Virus record (IMG/VR): IMGVR_UViG_3300032296_003307 | Span: 1-64,000 of that record | Strand: one strand, 5' to 3' | Length of the DNA stretch: 64,000 nt | Shown here: positions 53,830 through 63,940 of the stretch, in pieces | How positions within the stretch are numbered: position 1 is the first letter of the stretch | How the letters are laid out: the number at the start of each line of letters is the position of its first letter | Notes under the pieces: model-generated | Told to the model about the DNA's origin: nothing | Seen by the model: the letters and a program-made list of their open reading frames with translations, nothing else | The model's database searches: none | Translations under genes and position numbers: made by a program

Positions 53830-56427
53830 ATGGCTAAAAAAATAGATAATGAACAAGATTTAAGAAAATTAACTAAAGAAACTTCTGTAGTTGTTGAAGA
53901 TGCACTTAGAAGTATAGCTAGTAATGTTGGTAGTATTTTTAAACAAGCCTTAGAAGAAACTCAAGATGTTTCAAAATCTTTAGTTAGAGATACTACTTCC
54001 TCTTTAAATAGTTTAGCTAAAGTTTCCAATGTTTTAGCAACAAACATGGAAAAAGCAGCTAATGGTACTTTAAAACAAAGTGATGTCCTAAAAACAATCC
54101 AGGACAGACAAGCTAAAATAAAAGCTCTTGAAGCTCAAATAGCTATTGCTAGTAATAATAATACAAAAGCTAAAGAAAAATTAGAAAAACAACTTCAACA
54201 AATTAAAGAATATGAAGAAGAAGTAAATATTCAATTAAAACAACAATTAGAACTTTCTAAAAAAGTTAATAAAAATATGGGGGTTACTGGAGATATTCTT
54301 AAAGGAATATCTAAGATCCCAATTTTAGGAAATTTTATAGATGCTGAAGAAGCTTTGATGGCTGCTCAAGTAGAAGCTTCTAAACAAGGTGCTACTAGAG
54401 CTAAAGCTATGAATGCTGCTTTTTCTCAAATGGGTAAAACCATGAAAGAAAAATTAACAGATCCTTTAGTTTTATTTGGAGTTGGTTTATCTATTTTTAA
54501 ATCTTTAATTAATTTAGGATTAAGATATGATCAAGTTACAACTGATATAGCCCGAAACCAAGGAATAAGTACCTCAGAGGCTGAAAAAACTCATCTTTAT
54601 TTAAAAGAAGCAGCAACTACTTCACGAGATTTATTAGCTACTACTCACAATTTTGCTATGGCTCAAGCATCCTTAAATGATGCTTTTGGAACATCAGCAG
54701 ATTTTTCTGCAAAAACATTAGAAGATTTTACTAATTTAACCAAAAAACTTGGTTTAACTAATGAAGAAGCAGCTGTTTTTGCAGGCTTTAGTGCAACTAC
54801 TGGTAAAACTTCTGAACAAATTGTTAACAGTATAGGTAAACAAAACAAAGGAGTTATAAATAATAAAAAAGTAATTTCTGAAGTTGCCAAAATTAATGGA
54901 CAATTATATGCCCAATATAAAGGTAGTCCTATAGAATTAGCTAAAGCAGTAATTCAAACACAAAAATTAGGAATGAGCTTACAACAAGCTTCATCCGCTT
55001 CAAAAAATCTTTTAAATTTTGAAGAATCAATTTCAGCAGAATTAGAAGCAGAATTATTAACAGGTAGAGATTTAAATCTAGAAAAAGCCAGATATTTGGC
55101 TTTACAAGGAGATTCAGCGGGAGCTGCTGCTGAATTAATGAAAAATGTAGGTAGTTTAAAAGATTTTACTAGATTAAATGTTATTCAACAAGAAGCATTA
55201 GCAAGAGCAGTAGGAATGACTGCAGATGAGTTAACTGATTCTTTAAGAAAACAAGAACAAATAAAAGAACTTGATAAAGGCCAAGTAAAACTTTATCAAA
55301 AACAAATTCAAGATTTAAGAGATAAAGGAAAGATAGAGGAAGCAAATGCTTTGGAAAAACAAATGATCCAAGGAAAAGACTTTGAACTATCCAAACTCCA
55401 GTTATCTGCCCAAGAAAAATTATCAGCTGCTGCTGATAAACTTAAAGACACTTTTGCAGCTATTGTATCTGGTCCTATTGGAGGTTTTGTTTCTAAATTT
55501 GTTGATATAATAGCTAAAATAGCTTCTACAGGTATAGGTAAATTAGCATTAGGAGGAGTAGCAATAGTTGCTTTAGGAACAGCTATTTTAGCAATGACCA
55601 AAGTATTTGGTAAAATGGCTATATTAGGAGCAATGCCTGTTATTCCTGTTGGTGGTGGAGGAATAGGTGGAGGTGGTGGAGTAACAGACATGTTAGGAAA
55701 AGGATTAGGTGGAGGAAGATCAGCAGGTTTAGGTAAACAATTAATGACCGCTGCTACAAAACCTAAAGTTTTAGGAAAAGCTCTTAGTCGTGCTGGTGGT
55801 GGAAGTATGCTTAGAGGACTAGGTAGAAGTGCTTTAGGTGGAGTAGCCGGTAAAGTAATAGCTCCTGCTACTTCTGTTGCTATGACCTTGGGAGGTCTTT
55901 ATGATTTCTTTTCAGAAGATAAACTAAGAGATACAGGTGTAGGAGGATTTTTTGAAAGTTTAGGAGGTACAGGAATGCATCTTCTTGATACCTTAACTTT
56001 CGGAGGTACTAAACTAATCACTAATGCCACAGGAATATCCATTCCAGGAATGGATACAGATGATGTAGCGAGTGCTAGAGCAATTTTCCATGATTCAGGT
56101 AGAGACCCAGATGATAGTAGATTCCCTATTTCTACCGATAACAAACAATTAATTGAAGATATTCTAAAAAACCCATCTGCCTATCCTGAAGGTATTGTTC
56201 AACAAGCCCAAGGAGTTAATATAACTGAATTGGCTGTAGGAGGTATGGTTACTAGACCTACAAGAGCTTTAATAGGTGAAGCAGGTCCTGAAGCTGTTGT
56301 TCCTCTTGATAAATTTTATGCCAAATTAGATGAATTAATAATGGCTGTTAAATCAGGAGGAAATGTATATTTAGATGGAACTAGAGTAGGTACAGCAATG
56401 AATGTTAGTACGTATAAAGTTCAATAA
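53830..56427 (+). CDS. Tape measure protein
   Basis: Long helical Ala/Leu/Lys-rich ORF; LNLEKARYLAL; C-terminal LAVGGMVTRPTRALIGEAGPEAVVPL. Confidence 0.9.
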   Translation: MAKKIDNEQDLRKLTKETSVVVEDALRSIASNVGSIFKQALEETQDVSKSLVRDTTSSLNSLAKVSNVLATNMEKAANGTLKQSDVLKTIQDRQAKIKALEAQIAIASNNNTKAKEKLEKQLQQIKEYEEEVNIQLKQQLELSKKVNKNMGVTGDILKGISKIPILGNFIDAEEALMAAQVEASKQGATRAKAMNAAFSQMGKTMKEKLTDPLVLFGVGLSIFKSLINLGLRYDQVTTDIARNQGISTSEAEKTHLYLKEAATTSRDLLATTHNFAMAQASLNDAFGTSADFSAKTLEDFTNLTKKLGLTNEEAAVFAGFSATTGKTSEQIVNSIGKQNKGVINNKKVISEVAKINGQLYAQYKGSPIELAKAVIQTQKLGMSLQQASSASKNLLNFEESISAELEAELLTGRDLNLEKARYLALQGDSAGAAAELMKNVGSLKDFTRLNVIQQEALARAVGMTADELTDSLRKQEQIKELDKGQVKLYQKQIQDLRDKGKIEEANALEKQMIQGKDFELSKLQLSAQEKLSAAADKLKDTFAAIVSGPIGGFVSKFVDIIAKIASTGIGKLALGGVAIVALGTAILAMTKVFGKMAILGAMPVIPVGGGGIGGGGGVTDMLGKGLGGGRSAGLGKQLMTAATKPKVLGKALSRAGGGSMLRGLGRSALGGVAGKVIAPATSVAMTLGGLYDFFSEDKLRDTGVGGFFESLGGTGMHLLDTLTFGGTKLITNATGISIPGMDTDDVASARAIFHDSGRDPDDSRFPISTDNKQLIEDILKNPSAYPEGIVQQAQGVNITELAVGGMVTRPTRALIGEAGPEAVVPLDKFYAKLDELIMAVKSGGNVYLDGTRVGTAMNVSTYKVQ

Positions 56428-56455
56428 TTTTTAATATTTATAACAAAATAAAACT

Positions 56456-56779
56456 ATGAGCTCACTATTAGATAAATTACAAAAAGGCGGTTCTAATTTA
56501 ACCGCTTTTGATGGAACAACCCCAAGAGTTAATCCCGGAGCAACTAAACAATCTAAATTACATGCTTCAAACCAACAACCAGGATATTCTTTAGATGGTG
56601 CTTTTAAAGGAGAAGTTACTACTGCTTACAATTCTTATTTAGATGGTGTTACTACTAACAAATTACCCCAACCATCTCAATTGGATTTAAATGGTAAAAT
56701 CCCTGCAAACAATTACCTAAGTAATCCCCCAGAACAAGGAATTTCTCAAAGATTAGTTGATTTGACACCTCCTCGTTAA
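56456..56779 (+). CDS. Hypothetical tail/baseplate protein
   Basis: Own ATATTTATA; follows tape measure. Confidence 0.6.
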   Translation: MSSLLDKLQKGGSNLTAFDGTTPRVNPGATKQSKLHASNQQPGYSLDGAFKGEVTTAYNSYLDGVTTNKLPQPSQLDLNGKIPANNYLSNPPEQGISQRLVDLTPPR

Positions 56780-58683
56780 TGCCTTTAATTAACCTACAAA
56801 CTAATCTTAAGTCCCTTAAATATGGGAGAGACAGGTTTAATGGTGGAGATAGTGGACAACCCTATATCCAAACCAATATCCCTGATGAGATATCTCCTTA
56901 TATTGGTACTACAGATTTTTTATTAAGAGGAGGACTTAGAGCAGTTCAAGATTCAGTTGTAGATGTTGAACGTTTAGGTAAAATGTTTGATAGTACTAAG
57001 TCTCCTAACGGAATACTTTTTACTGCCAAACAACAATTATTATCTCGTACCGCTGTCCGTACTCAAACCAGTGGTATACTGAATGAAGGCGTCTATACAC
57101 CATTATCTACTTTGGCTCAAGCCGGGCTAGTGGCTTTTGGAAACCATTTAAATAAACAAGGTATAGACCCGTTTGCAAATACAGGAGCTTTTTCTACAAA
57201 TACAAATCTTTATCAAAATAAAGTAACCCCTTCCCAATTACCTAAAGATAATAGATTAGTAAGATTAGCCGGAGGAGTTATTTCTAAGGAACCTACAAAA
57301 ATAAATAATATAACCTTAACATCCAATAGTCCTGTTGACATAATGACTTATGGAGGAGGACCAGGTTCTGATTTAGGTATTGGTAAAACAGCAATAAGAT
57401 ATTCTCCAACATCTAAAACATTTTTAACCCAAAATCCAGGAGATTCTATTTATGGAGGTATAATTAAAAGTCCTTTTTATTTTGGGGCCAATTATTGTTA
57501 TGTTTACAGTTCTCAACAAGTCTTTAATCCATATACAACTATAGGAAATAGAAATGGAATTTCTTCATCCCCAGAAGCTCAGGTTAATGGACAAAATCAA
57601 ATCCAAAATCATTCAAACCCCAAAATCCAAGATTTTAGAAGAATAATAAGAAATAATTTAAAAGATATAAATATTACTAAAATAGCAGCCGACAGTGGAG
57701 TTCTTCCGGATAATTCATTTTCAGAAACTGATGTTACCTATGGTATATCCTATACCACTGATCCTGGTCAAAGAGCAGGAAAAAGTTACGCAAATTATGT
57801 TAAGGGAGTAACTAATTCTTTAACAGGAAAATCTGTATATAATCCCTATAATACAGGGTTTGGAGAAGGTTCAGGAACAGGTACTTTTTATCCTGGTTTA
57901 GATGCAATCAATTCCGTCCCAGTATATAGAAGTGAACAAGCAACCCCTAATTTACCAGATTATGTTCAATTTAGAATAGCTATTATAGATAATGATGCTC
58001 CATCATTTAAAACTTTTATACATTTTAGAGCATTTATAGACTCAATGAGTGATTCCTATACAGCTGATTGGACACCATTTAAATACTTAGGAAGAGGAGA
58101 AAACTTCTATAACTACCAGGGATTTTCTAGACAGATTTCATTATCTTGGACAGTTGCTGCTCAATCAAAAGAAGAACTAATTATAATGTATAAAAAATTA
58201 AATTACTTAGCTTCATCTTTAACCCCAGACTATAGTCCTAAAGGTTATATGAGAGGTAATTTAGCTCAATTAACAGTAGGAGGTTATCTTTATGAACAAC
58301 CAGGAATTATAACTAGTTTAACTTATGATATTCCTGAAGAAAGTCCTTGGGAAATAGCTAGTGATATAAATGGACTTATAGGAGGAGATGGAACGGTAAA
58401 ACAGTTACCTCATATTATTAAAGTAACAGGATTTAATTTTATTCCTATTCAAAGATTTAGACCTTCTATTCAAGATCTTACTTTTAAAAATACTAATAAT
58501 ACAGACAATACATTAGATGATAGAGGATTTATTAATACTTATGGTCCTCAACATTATATATCTTTAGCCAATTCTTTTGGAAATAATTATGATAATTATA
58601 ATACAAACCCTATAGTGAACACAATTGTATCTCAAAATAATGAATATTCTTTCCTTCCAGGTGAAGGACCTTTTATTCCTTAA
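56779..58683 (+). CDS. Baseplate tube-initiator-like protein (gp48/gp54-like C-terminal domain)
   Basis: FRAFIDSMSDSYTADW...YLGRGE.FYNYQGFSRQISLSW...PGIITSL. Confidence 0.65.
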   Translation: MPLINLQTNLKSLKYGRDRFNGGDSGQPYIQTNIPDEISPYIGTTDFLLRGGLRAVQDSVVDVERLGKMFDSTKSPNGILFTAKQQLLSRTAVRTQTSGILNEGVYTPLSTLAQAGLVAFGNHLNKQGIDPFANTGAFSTNTNLYQNKVTPSQLPKDNRLVRLAGGVISKEPTKINNITLTSNSPVDIMTYGGGPGSDLGIGKTAIRYSPTSKTFLTQNPGDSIYGGIIKSPFYFGANYCYVYSSQQVFNPYTTIGNRNGISSSPEAQVNGQNQIQNHSNPKIQDFRRIIRNNLKDINITKIAADSGVLPDNSFSETDVTYGISYTTDPGQRAGKSYANYVKGVTNSLTGKSVYNPYNTGFGEGSGTGTFYPGLDAINSVPVYRSEQATPNLPDYVQFRIAIIDNDAPSFKTFIHFRAFIDSMSDSYTADWTPFKYLGRGENFYNYQGFSRQISLSWTVAAQSKEELIIMYKKLNYLASSLTPDYSPKGYMRGNLAQLTVGGYLYEQPGIITSLTYDIPEESPWEIASDINGLIGGDGTVKQLPHIIKVTGFNFIPIQRFRPSIQDLTFKNTNNTDNTLDDRGFINTYGPQHYISLANSFGNNYDNYNTNPIVNTIVSQNNEYSFLPGEGPFIP

Positions 58684-58693
58684 TTTAAATTAA

Positions 58694-59017
58694 ATGAACA
58701 GATATCAAAATATACCAAAAACCAAAATAGATGGAAAAGAAGTTTATGTAACTTCTCGCTATCCTGAGGTTCCATTATCAACAAATGATATTTATGTTTA
58801 TACTACTCAAGGAGATAGATTTGATATTTTAGCCCAACAATATTATGGAAATAGTTCTTTATGGTGGGTTATTTCAATTGCCAATACCGGTAATGCTGGT
58901 GCTAATACATTAGTAAGTTTACCTCAAAATACTTTAGTTATACCTGAAGGTATTCAGATAAGAATACCTGCTAACTATTCAAATGTTGTAAGAAATTTTA
59001 ACACAATAAACGCTTAA
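58694..59017 (+). CDS. LysM/tail-X-like baseplate protein
   Basis: TTQGDRFDILAQQYYGNSSLWWVISIAN...IRIP. Confidence 0.85.
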   Translation: MNRYQNIPKTKIDGKEVYVTSRYPEVPLSTNDIYVYTTQGDRFDILAQQYYGNSSLWWVISIANTGNAGANTLVSLPQNTLVIPEGIQIRIPANYSNVVRNFNTINA

Positions 59018-59018
59018 T

Positions 59019-61916
59019 ATGGGAAATATTATAGGTGAAGGTTTTGCTCCTGAAATTATTAAACAGATTAATGTAAGACAAACAATATATGGTTCTGTAA
59101 ATAGAGATAATGAACAATTATCATATCTAGAAGCAAGAACAGGATGGTGTACTTTAGTTTCTTCAGTTGATGTTAAATCTGTTTTTAGAAACCTCCCATC
59201 TTATGGAGATTCTTTAGCTACAGAATTTGTTTTATGGGGAGGTGTAACAAATGAAAGAAATCGTTATGGACAATCTAGTTTTCAACGTTTTGGAGTTTGG
59301 GATGGACAAGATTATATTGATGTAGGAGACAACCGTACTTCCCTTGACCAGGCTTATAATTATTATGCTTATGGTGTTGGAGGAACAGAATTTGGTTTAA
59401 AACCAATGCCAGGAATAAAATCAGCCTCTATTAAAACAGAAACAAGAGGATCATTAAAAACAGCAACTATTCAAATCCAAGCCAACAATAGAGCTCAATT
59501 TGATATTATTGATGCTTTATATTTACGTTTAGGATATACTATGTTATTAGAATGGGGACATTCCTCTTATTATGATAATGATGGTAATTACATACAAGAT
59601 AATCCTTATTCTTTTTCAGATATTTTTCTAACAAGAAAAAATGGTAATCAAATTTTATCATTAAGTGAGCTTCAAACAGATATAAATTATATTCGCGAAG
59701 CCTCAGCTGGTAATTATGATGCTGTAATAGGAAAAGTAGTAAATTTTAATTGGACTTACACTAAAGAAGGTACTTATGATATAACATTAACTTTAAGAAG
59801 TGTAGGAGATGTTATTGAATCTCTAAAAGCAAATTTACTTCTACCGGGTGGATCTTTAAATACCCCAGAAGACAAAGTAACTCCTGAAGATCCTGAAAAC
59901 CCAACATCAAACGATCTTATTGAAGCTTTTGCTAATACAAATGAAATAACAAAATTCTTTTTTACAATCCAACAAACTTTAAAAAATGAACCAGTAGCCA
60001 CAAACGGAATGGCTGTTGCAAAAACAGATGATATAGTAGATGCTGTTAAACAAAATTATAATGGTCATGGGTATGAATATTATATAAGATTTGGTTATTT
60101 TTTAGATTTTCTAGCAACCAAAATTATTCCCTATATAGACAATAATACAGCAGACAGATTAATTTATATAGATACTGATGTTGAATCTAATATTATCTAT
60201 ATGGTAAATAGACAAATAAGCGCTGATCCTAGAATATGCTTATTTAATACAGGATTTAGAGGTACACAAGGTTCAACTTTGTCTTTTCTTCCGGATGCTG
60301 AACCTTTTGAAATAGAAAAAAATGGTAACACTTATGGAAAAATAATGAATGCTTATTTTAACATGACGTGGATTATTACTAGTATGGAAGAACTAAAAGA
60401 TGATAAAGGAAAAGTTAGTTTATATGATTTAATAGATGCTTTATGTAAAGGATGGAATCAGTCAACAGGTAACTATAATTCACTAGAACCAATAATAGAT
60501 TCTGAAACTAATACTATTAAAATTATAGACGAAAGTCCTTTACCTGATAAAGATACTTTTTTAACAGAAAATAAATTACCAACCCAACTAGCTTCTTTTG
60601 ATGTTTATGGTTATTATTTAGGTAATGGTAAAGATGGTTATGAGAATAACCAATATCATGCTGGTTTTATTAAAGATTTAAGTTTTAACACTACTGTTCC
60701 TCCTAACTTAGCAACAATGATTACTGTTGGAGCAACATCTCAAGGTTATATTGTAGGACAAGATGCTACTGCTTTATCCCAAATGAATGCTGGATTAATA
60801 GATAGATGGAAACCAACAATAAATCAACCAGCTCCTTCAGGATCAGCTTCTACTTCTTCTTTACAACAAGATTATGCTGGTCCATTGGAAGCCTTTAATA
60901 AATATCTTGCTAATATATCCTCAGTTAATGGGGGGTTACCGGGATGGGATGAAGAAATTATTGATACTTTTGTTTCCAATCAGACTCAATTTCTTGAATA
61001 TGATCAAGCAAAACAAACTCAAGCACGAACAGGTTCAGCTTCCCCATCAAACGGATTTTTACCTTTTGATTTATCCTTAACTATGGATGGACTTTCAGGA
61101 ATGAAAATATATCAACAGTTTACCATTGATTCTGATTTTTTACCTTTAAATTATCCTAGATCCTTAAACTTTTTAATAAAAGGTATAACTCATGATATTA
61201 CCTCAAACCAATGGAATACAACCATAGAATCTATAGCTGTATCTAAAAATCCTAGTGGTACTGTAAAAAGTAGAAATATACAAATAAGTTCTACAACAGC
61301 TAATATTCCTGTTGCTACTCCTCCTAATTTCTCTGCTGTTGATACTGCAACGGATTTAAGAACAGCAATAGTAGAAACAGCTTTAGCATATGCTAGAGTT
61401 CAACCTGGTTTATATCCAATTGGAGGAGGTCGATTTAATGAAGCTTCATTTACAAGTGATATGCAGTCTGTAGGATATTCTGGTCAAGCTTGGTGTAATT
61501 TATTTACTAAATTAGTGTGGAAAAAAGCATATGAAGCTGTTGGAAAAAATAATGCCAACATAAAAAATATAGCATCTTCCCAATTTGGTAACTTTAGTGT
61601 AGTTTCAGGACCTATAACTTCTTATGTTCCTACTACTTTCGCTAATATGTTTGCAAAAGGAAAAGCAGCAAACTGGCAAGGAAAAAATGGTTTAATTAAA
61701 TTAGTACCTGGAGATATGGTAATATATGATGTAATAGGAACAACAGGACACCAAGAAAGAGATCACATAGGAATAGTAGTAGCTGTAAATTATACTAATG
61801 GAACCTTTACTTCAGTAGATGGAAATTTCTCAAATAAAGTAACCCAATATACTCAACCTATGGATGGAGTAGCTAATGGACAAAGATTATATGCTGTTGT
61901 TAAACCTATAGAATAA
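59019..61916 (+). CDS. Baseplate hub protein fused to C-terminal CHAP amidase (tail-associated lysin)
   Basis: N-terminal hub (LRLGYTMLLEWG, VVNFNW); C-terminal AWCNLF...PGDMVIYD...HIGIVV...VDGN. Confidence 0.8.
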   Translation: MGNIIGEGFAPEIIKQINVRQTIYGSVNRDNEQLSYLEARTGWCTLVSSVDVKSVFRNLPSYGDSLATEFVLWGGVTNERNRYGQSSFQRFGVWDGQDYIDVGDNRTSLDQAYNYYAYGVGGTEFGLKPMPGIKSASIKTETRGSLKTATIQIQANNRAQFDIIDALYLRLGYTMLLEWGHSSYYDNDGNYIQDNPYSFSDIFLTRKNGNQILSLSELQTDINYIREASAGNYDAVIGKVVNFNWTYTKEGTYDITLTLRSVGDVIESLKANLLLPGGSLNTPEDKVTPEDPENPTSNDLIEAFANTNEITKFFFTIQQTLKNEPVATNGMAVAKTDDIVDAVKQNYNGHGYEYYIRFGYFLDFLATKIIPYIDNNTADRLIYIDTDVESNIIYMVNRQISADPRICLFNTGFRGTQGSTLSFLPDAEPFEIEKNGNTYGKIMNAYFNMTWIITSMEELKDDKGKVSLYDLIDALCKGWNQSTGNYNSLEPIIDSETNTIKIIDESPLPDKDTFLTENKLPTQLASFDVYGYYLGNGKDGYENNQYHAGFIKDLSFNTTVPPNLATMITVGATSQGYIVGQDATALSQMNAGLIDRWKPTINQPAPSGSASTSSLQQDYAGPLEAFNKYLANISSVNGGLPGWDEEIIDTFVSNQTQFLEYDQAKQTQARTGSASPSNGFLPFDLSLTMDGLSGMKIYQQFTIDSDFLPLNYPRSLNFLIKGITHDITSNQWNTTIESIAVSKNPSGTVKSRNIQISSTTANIPVATPPNFSAVDTATDLRTAIVETALAYARVQPGLYPIGGGRFNEASFTSDMQSVGYSGQAWCNLFTKLVWKKAYEAVGKNNANIKNIASSQFGNFSVVSGPITSYVPTTFANMFAKGKAANWQGKNGLIKLVPGDMVIYDVIGTTGHQERDHIGIVVAVNYTNGTFTSVDGNFSNKVTQYTQPMDGVANGQRLYAVVKPIE

Positions 61917-61928
61917 TTATTATAGATA

Positions 61929-62573
61929 ATGCCTTACTATCCTAAATCTCAAGTAAAAACTAATTTATATACTAATGGGACAAGTCCTACTTTATATAAA
62001 ATAGAAGACCAAACAATTTATTCAGGTTATTATCATCAATTAAGCAATGGTAAATATTTCTCAGGTAAAACACCACAAGATACTCCTAGTTTTGAATTAA
62101 CTACATTTACAAGAACTTCTTTTCCTTCTCCTATTACTCTAAATTCAGTACCTGTATATCCTGTTTTAACACCTGAGGGAACAGAAATATATGTTTCTTA
62201 TCCTAATGATTTTAGTAGTCAAGAATACCCTAAATTTGAAGAGGTAACTCTTAATTCTCCCTCTTATAACCCAAATTATCCATCCCCTCAAGATTACCAA
62301 ATAGGGGAATTTAGAAGATATTTCTGTAAAAAAACCAATGAAATAAAATATATAGAAATAGATAAAAATTATTTTGATTCATTAGTAGCCAAATCCACAA
62401 ATGTGCTTTGGTCATTATATTTACCTTTTTATTTAGATTGGCAATTAACAGGAAACGAAGAACAAGTAGCTAGAGTCAATAAAAACAATGCTGAATTAAC
62501 AGCCCAAAGATTAAAATTACCTGGTTTACTAGAATATCTAAGATTCGATTTTACAAAATATTATAAACCTTAA
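61929..62573 (+). CDS. Hypothetical baseplate-region protein
   Basis: 214-aa Tyr/Pro-rich ORF at the end of the structural operon. Confidence 0.6.
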   Translation: MPYYPKSQVKTNLYTNGTSPTLYKIEDQTIYSGYYHQLSNGKYFSGKTPQDTPSFELTTFTRTSFPSPITLNSVPVYPVLTPEGTEIYVSYPNDFSSQEYPKFEEVTLNSPSYNPNYPSPQDYQIGEFRRYFCKKTNEIKYIEIDKNYFDSLVAKSTNVLWSLYLPFYLDWQLTGNEEQVARVNKNNAELTAQRLKLPGLLEYLRFDFTKYYKP

Positions 62574-62604
62574 TTTGGCAACTTAAAACCTTGATGGTAC
62601 ATTC
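62574..62604 (+). promoter_or_regulatory. Bacteroidota-type sigma70 promoter (TTTG-N20-TACATTC)
   Basis: TTTG 62574-77, 20-nt spacer, TACATT 62598-603. Confidence 0.5.
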
Positions 62605-62619
62605 ATCTCAATCAAGGTT

Positions 62620-63930
62620 ATGTTTTGGTTAATTGAAAAAGAAGAGCATTTAGATTATTTAAGGCAAAGGCCAATCCAAGAAGCATTTGTTGAAATAATC
62701 CCATATCACGACAACATACACCCTGCTTTAAACGATGTGTCTCTAGTGTATATTAGACCGTTTAATGACACGAAAGGTTATATGCTATGCGTTGACCATA
62801 GTGAAACTGACTCGCTTAATAAAACGGTTATAAACGGTATACTACAAAATATAGATAAGGTGTGGGTACAAGATAAAAAACAAGCATTATATTATTTTCC
62901 AATAAAATGTTTGCATGACCTATCCCAATTCTCTCCTCCGTATATACAAAACACTAAAGCACACGAACACTTTTATTTCAAAAATACGGATTATCCAAAA
63001 GTAAATAAACTTGTGCCCGTAAGCAAACACTATGAAAAATGCCAACATATTTATAATCACGTTCGTAGTGTTATACCTCAAGAGCTACCTTCATGGTTTG
63101 ATTTTTACAACAACAAGGTAGTATTGGCGTTTTTCGGAATAGAAAAGAACGGAATTAAAATAGATAAATATGAATTTGATAAACACTATGAGCTTAATCA
63201 CGAATTTTATTCAATCCAAGGCGATAGAACAATCCATCAGGATTGTTTCAGGATTTACACATGCTACAATTTGGCTACAACAACACGTAGACCAAGTAAC
63301 TCTTTTAATGGCATTAATTTTGCCGCAATAAATAAAGATAATGGCGCAAGGAGGAGCTTTAGATCGAGTCATGGTTTCATTGAGTTCGATATTAGCGCAT
63401 ACCATCCTCATCTTGTTTCTCGTATGGTTGCCTTTGATTTCCTCGATGGTGATGTCCACCAAACGTTCGCGAACCTCTATGGCACCTCGTATCAAGAGGC
63501 AAAAGAAATCACCTTCAAACAACTCTATGGTGGTGTATTTAAAGAGTACGCGCATTTGGAATTTTTTCAAAAAGTAAGTAAATTTGTAGACGATAACTGG
63601 AAAGAGTTCAATAACTCAGGCCAAGTTATTGTACCAATTTCAGGTTATTGTTTTGAAAAAGACAAGCTGGAGAATATGAATCCACAGAAACTGTTTAATT
63701 ATATGTTACAGAATGTGGAATCGGCTGTCAACACTTATATTTTAATGGATATACATAAGTTGTTGAGAGGCAAAAAAACAAAAATTGTATTATATACTTA
63801 CGATAGTTTCTTATTTGAAATGGGAGAGGGTGAGGAAGACATTGAAACAGATATACAAAACATTTTTAAAAAATATAAATTAACAACAAAAACAAAACGA
63901 GGTTACGATTATGACTTTACAGGAAAATAA
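62620..63930 (+). CDS. polA: Compact family A DNA polymerase-like protein
   Basis: TTRRPSN, motif A FDISAYHP, motif B AKEITFKQLYGG, motif C YTYDSFLF. Confidence 0.8.
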   Translation: MFWLIEKEEHLDYLRQRPIQEAFVEIIPYHDNIHPALNDVSLVYIRPFNDTKGYMLCVDHSETDSLNKTVINGILQNIDKVWVQDKKQALYYFPIKCLHDLSQFSPPYIQNTKAHEHFYFKNTDYPKVNKLVPVSKHYEKCQHIYNHVRSVIPQELPSWFDFYNNKVVLAFFGIEKNGIKIDKYEFDKHYELNHEFYSIQGDRTIHQDCFRIYTCYNLATTTRRPSNSFNGINFAAINKDNGARRSFRSSHGFIEFDISAYHPHLVSRMVAFDFLDGDVHQTFANLYGTSYQEAKEITFKQLYGGVFKEYAHLEFFQKVSKFVDDNWKEFNNSGQVIVPISGYCFEKDKLENMNPQKLFNYMLQNVESAVNTYILMDIHKLLRGKKTKIVLYTYDSFLFEMGEGEEDIETDIQNIFKKYKLTTKTKRGYDYDFTGK

Positions 63931-63940
63931 ACATATGTAT

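Noticed and set aside
57-63570. All minus-strand ORFs in the track (e.g. 11316..11618, 32305..32781, 55308..55691, 63211..63570)
   Set aside because: They are antisense shadows of well-supported + strand genes, with no recognisable motifs or upstream signals.
44135-63577. Short alternative-frame + strand ORFs (44135, 45369, 48542, 60874, 63341)
   Set aside because: They are nested in long structural or polymerase genes with no motif or initiation context.
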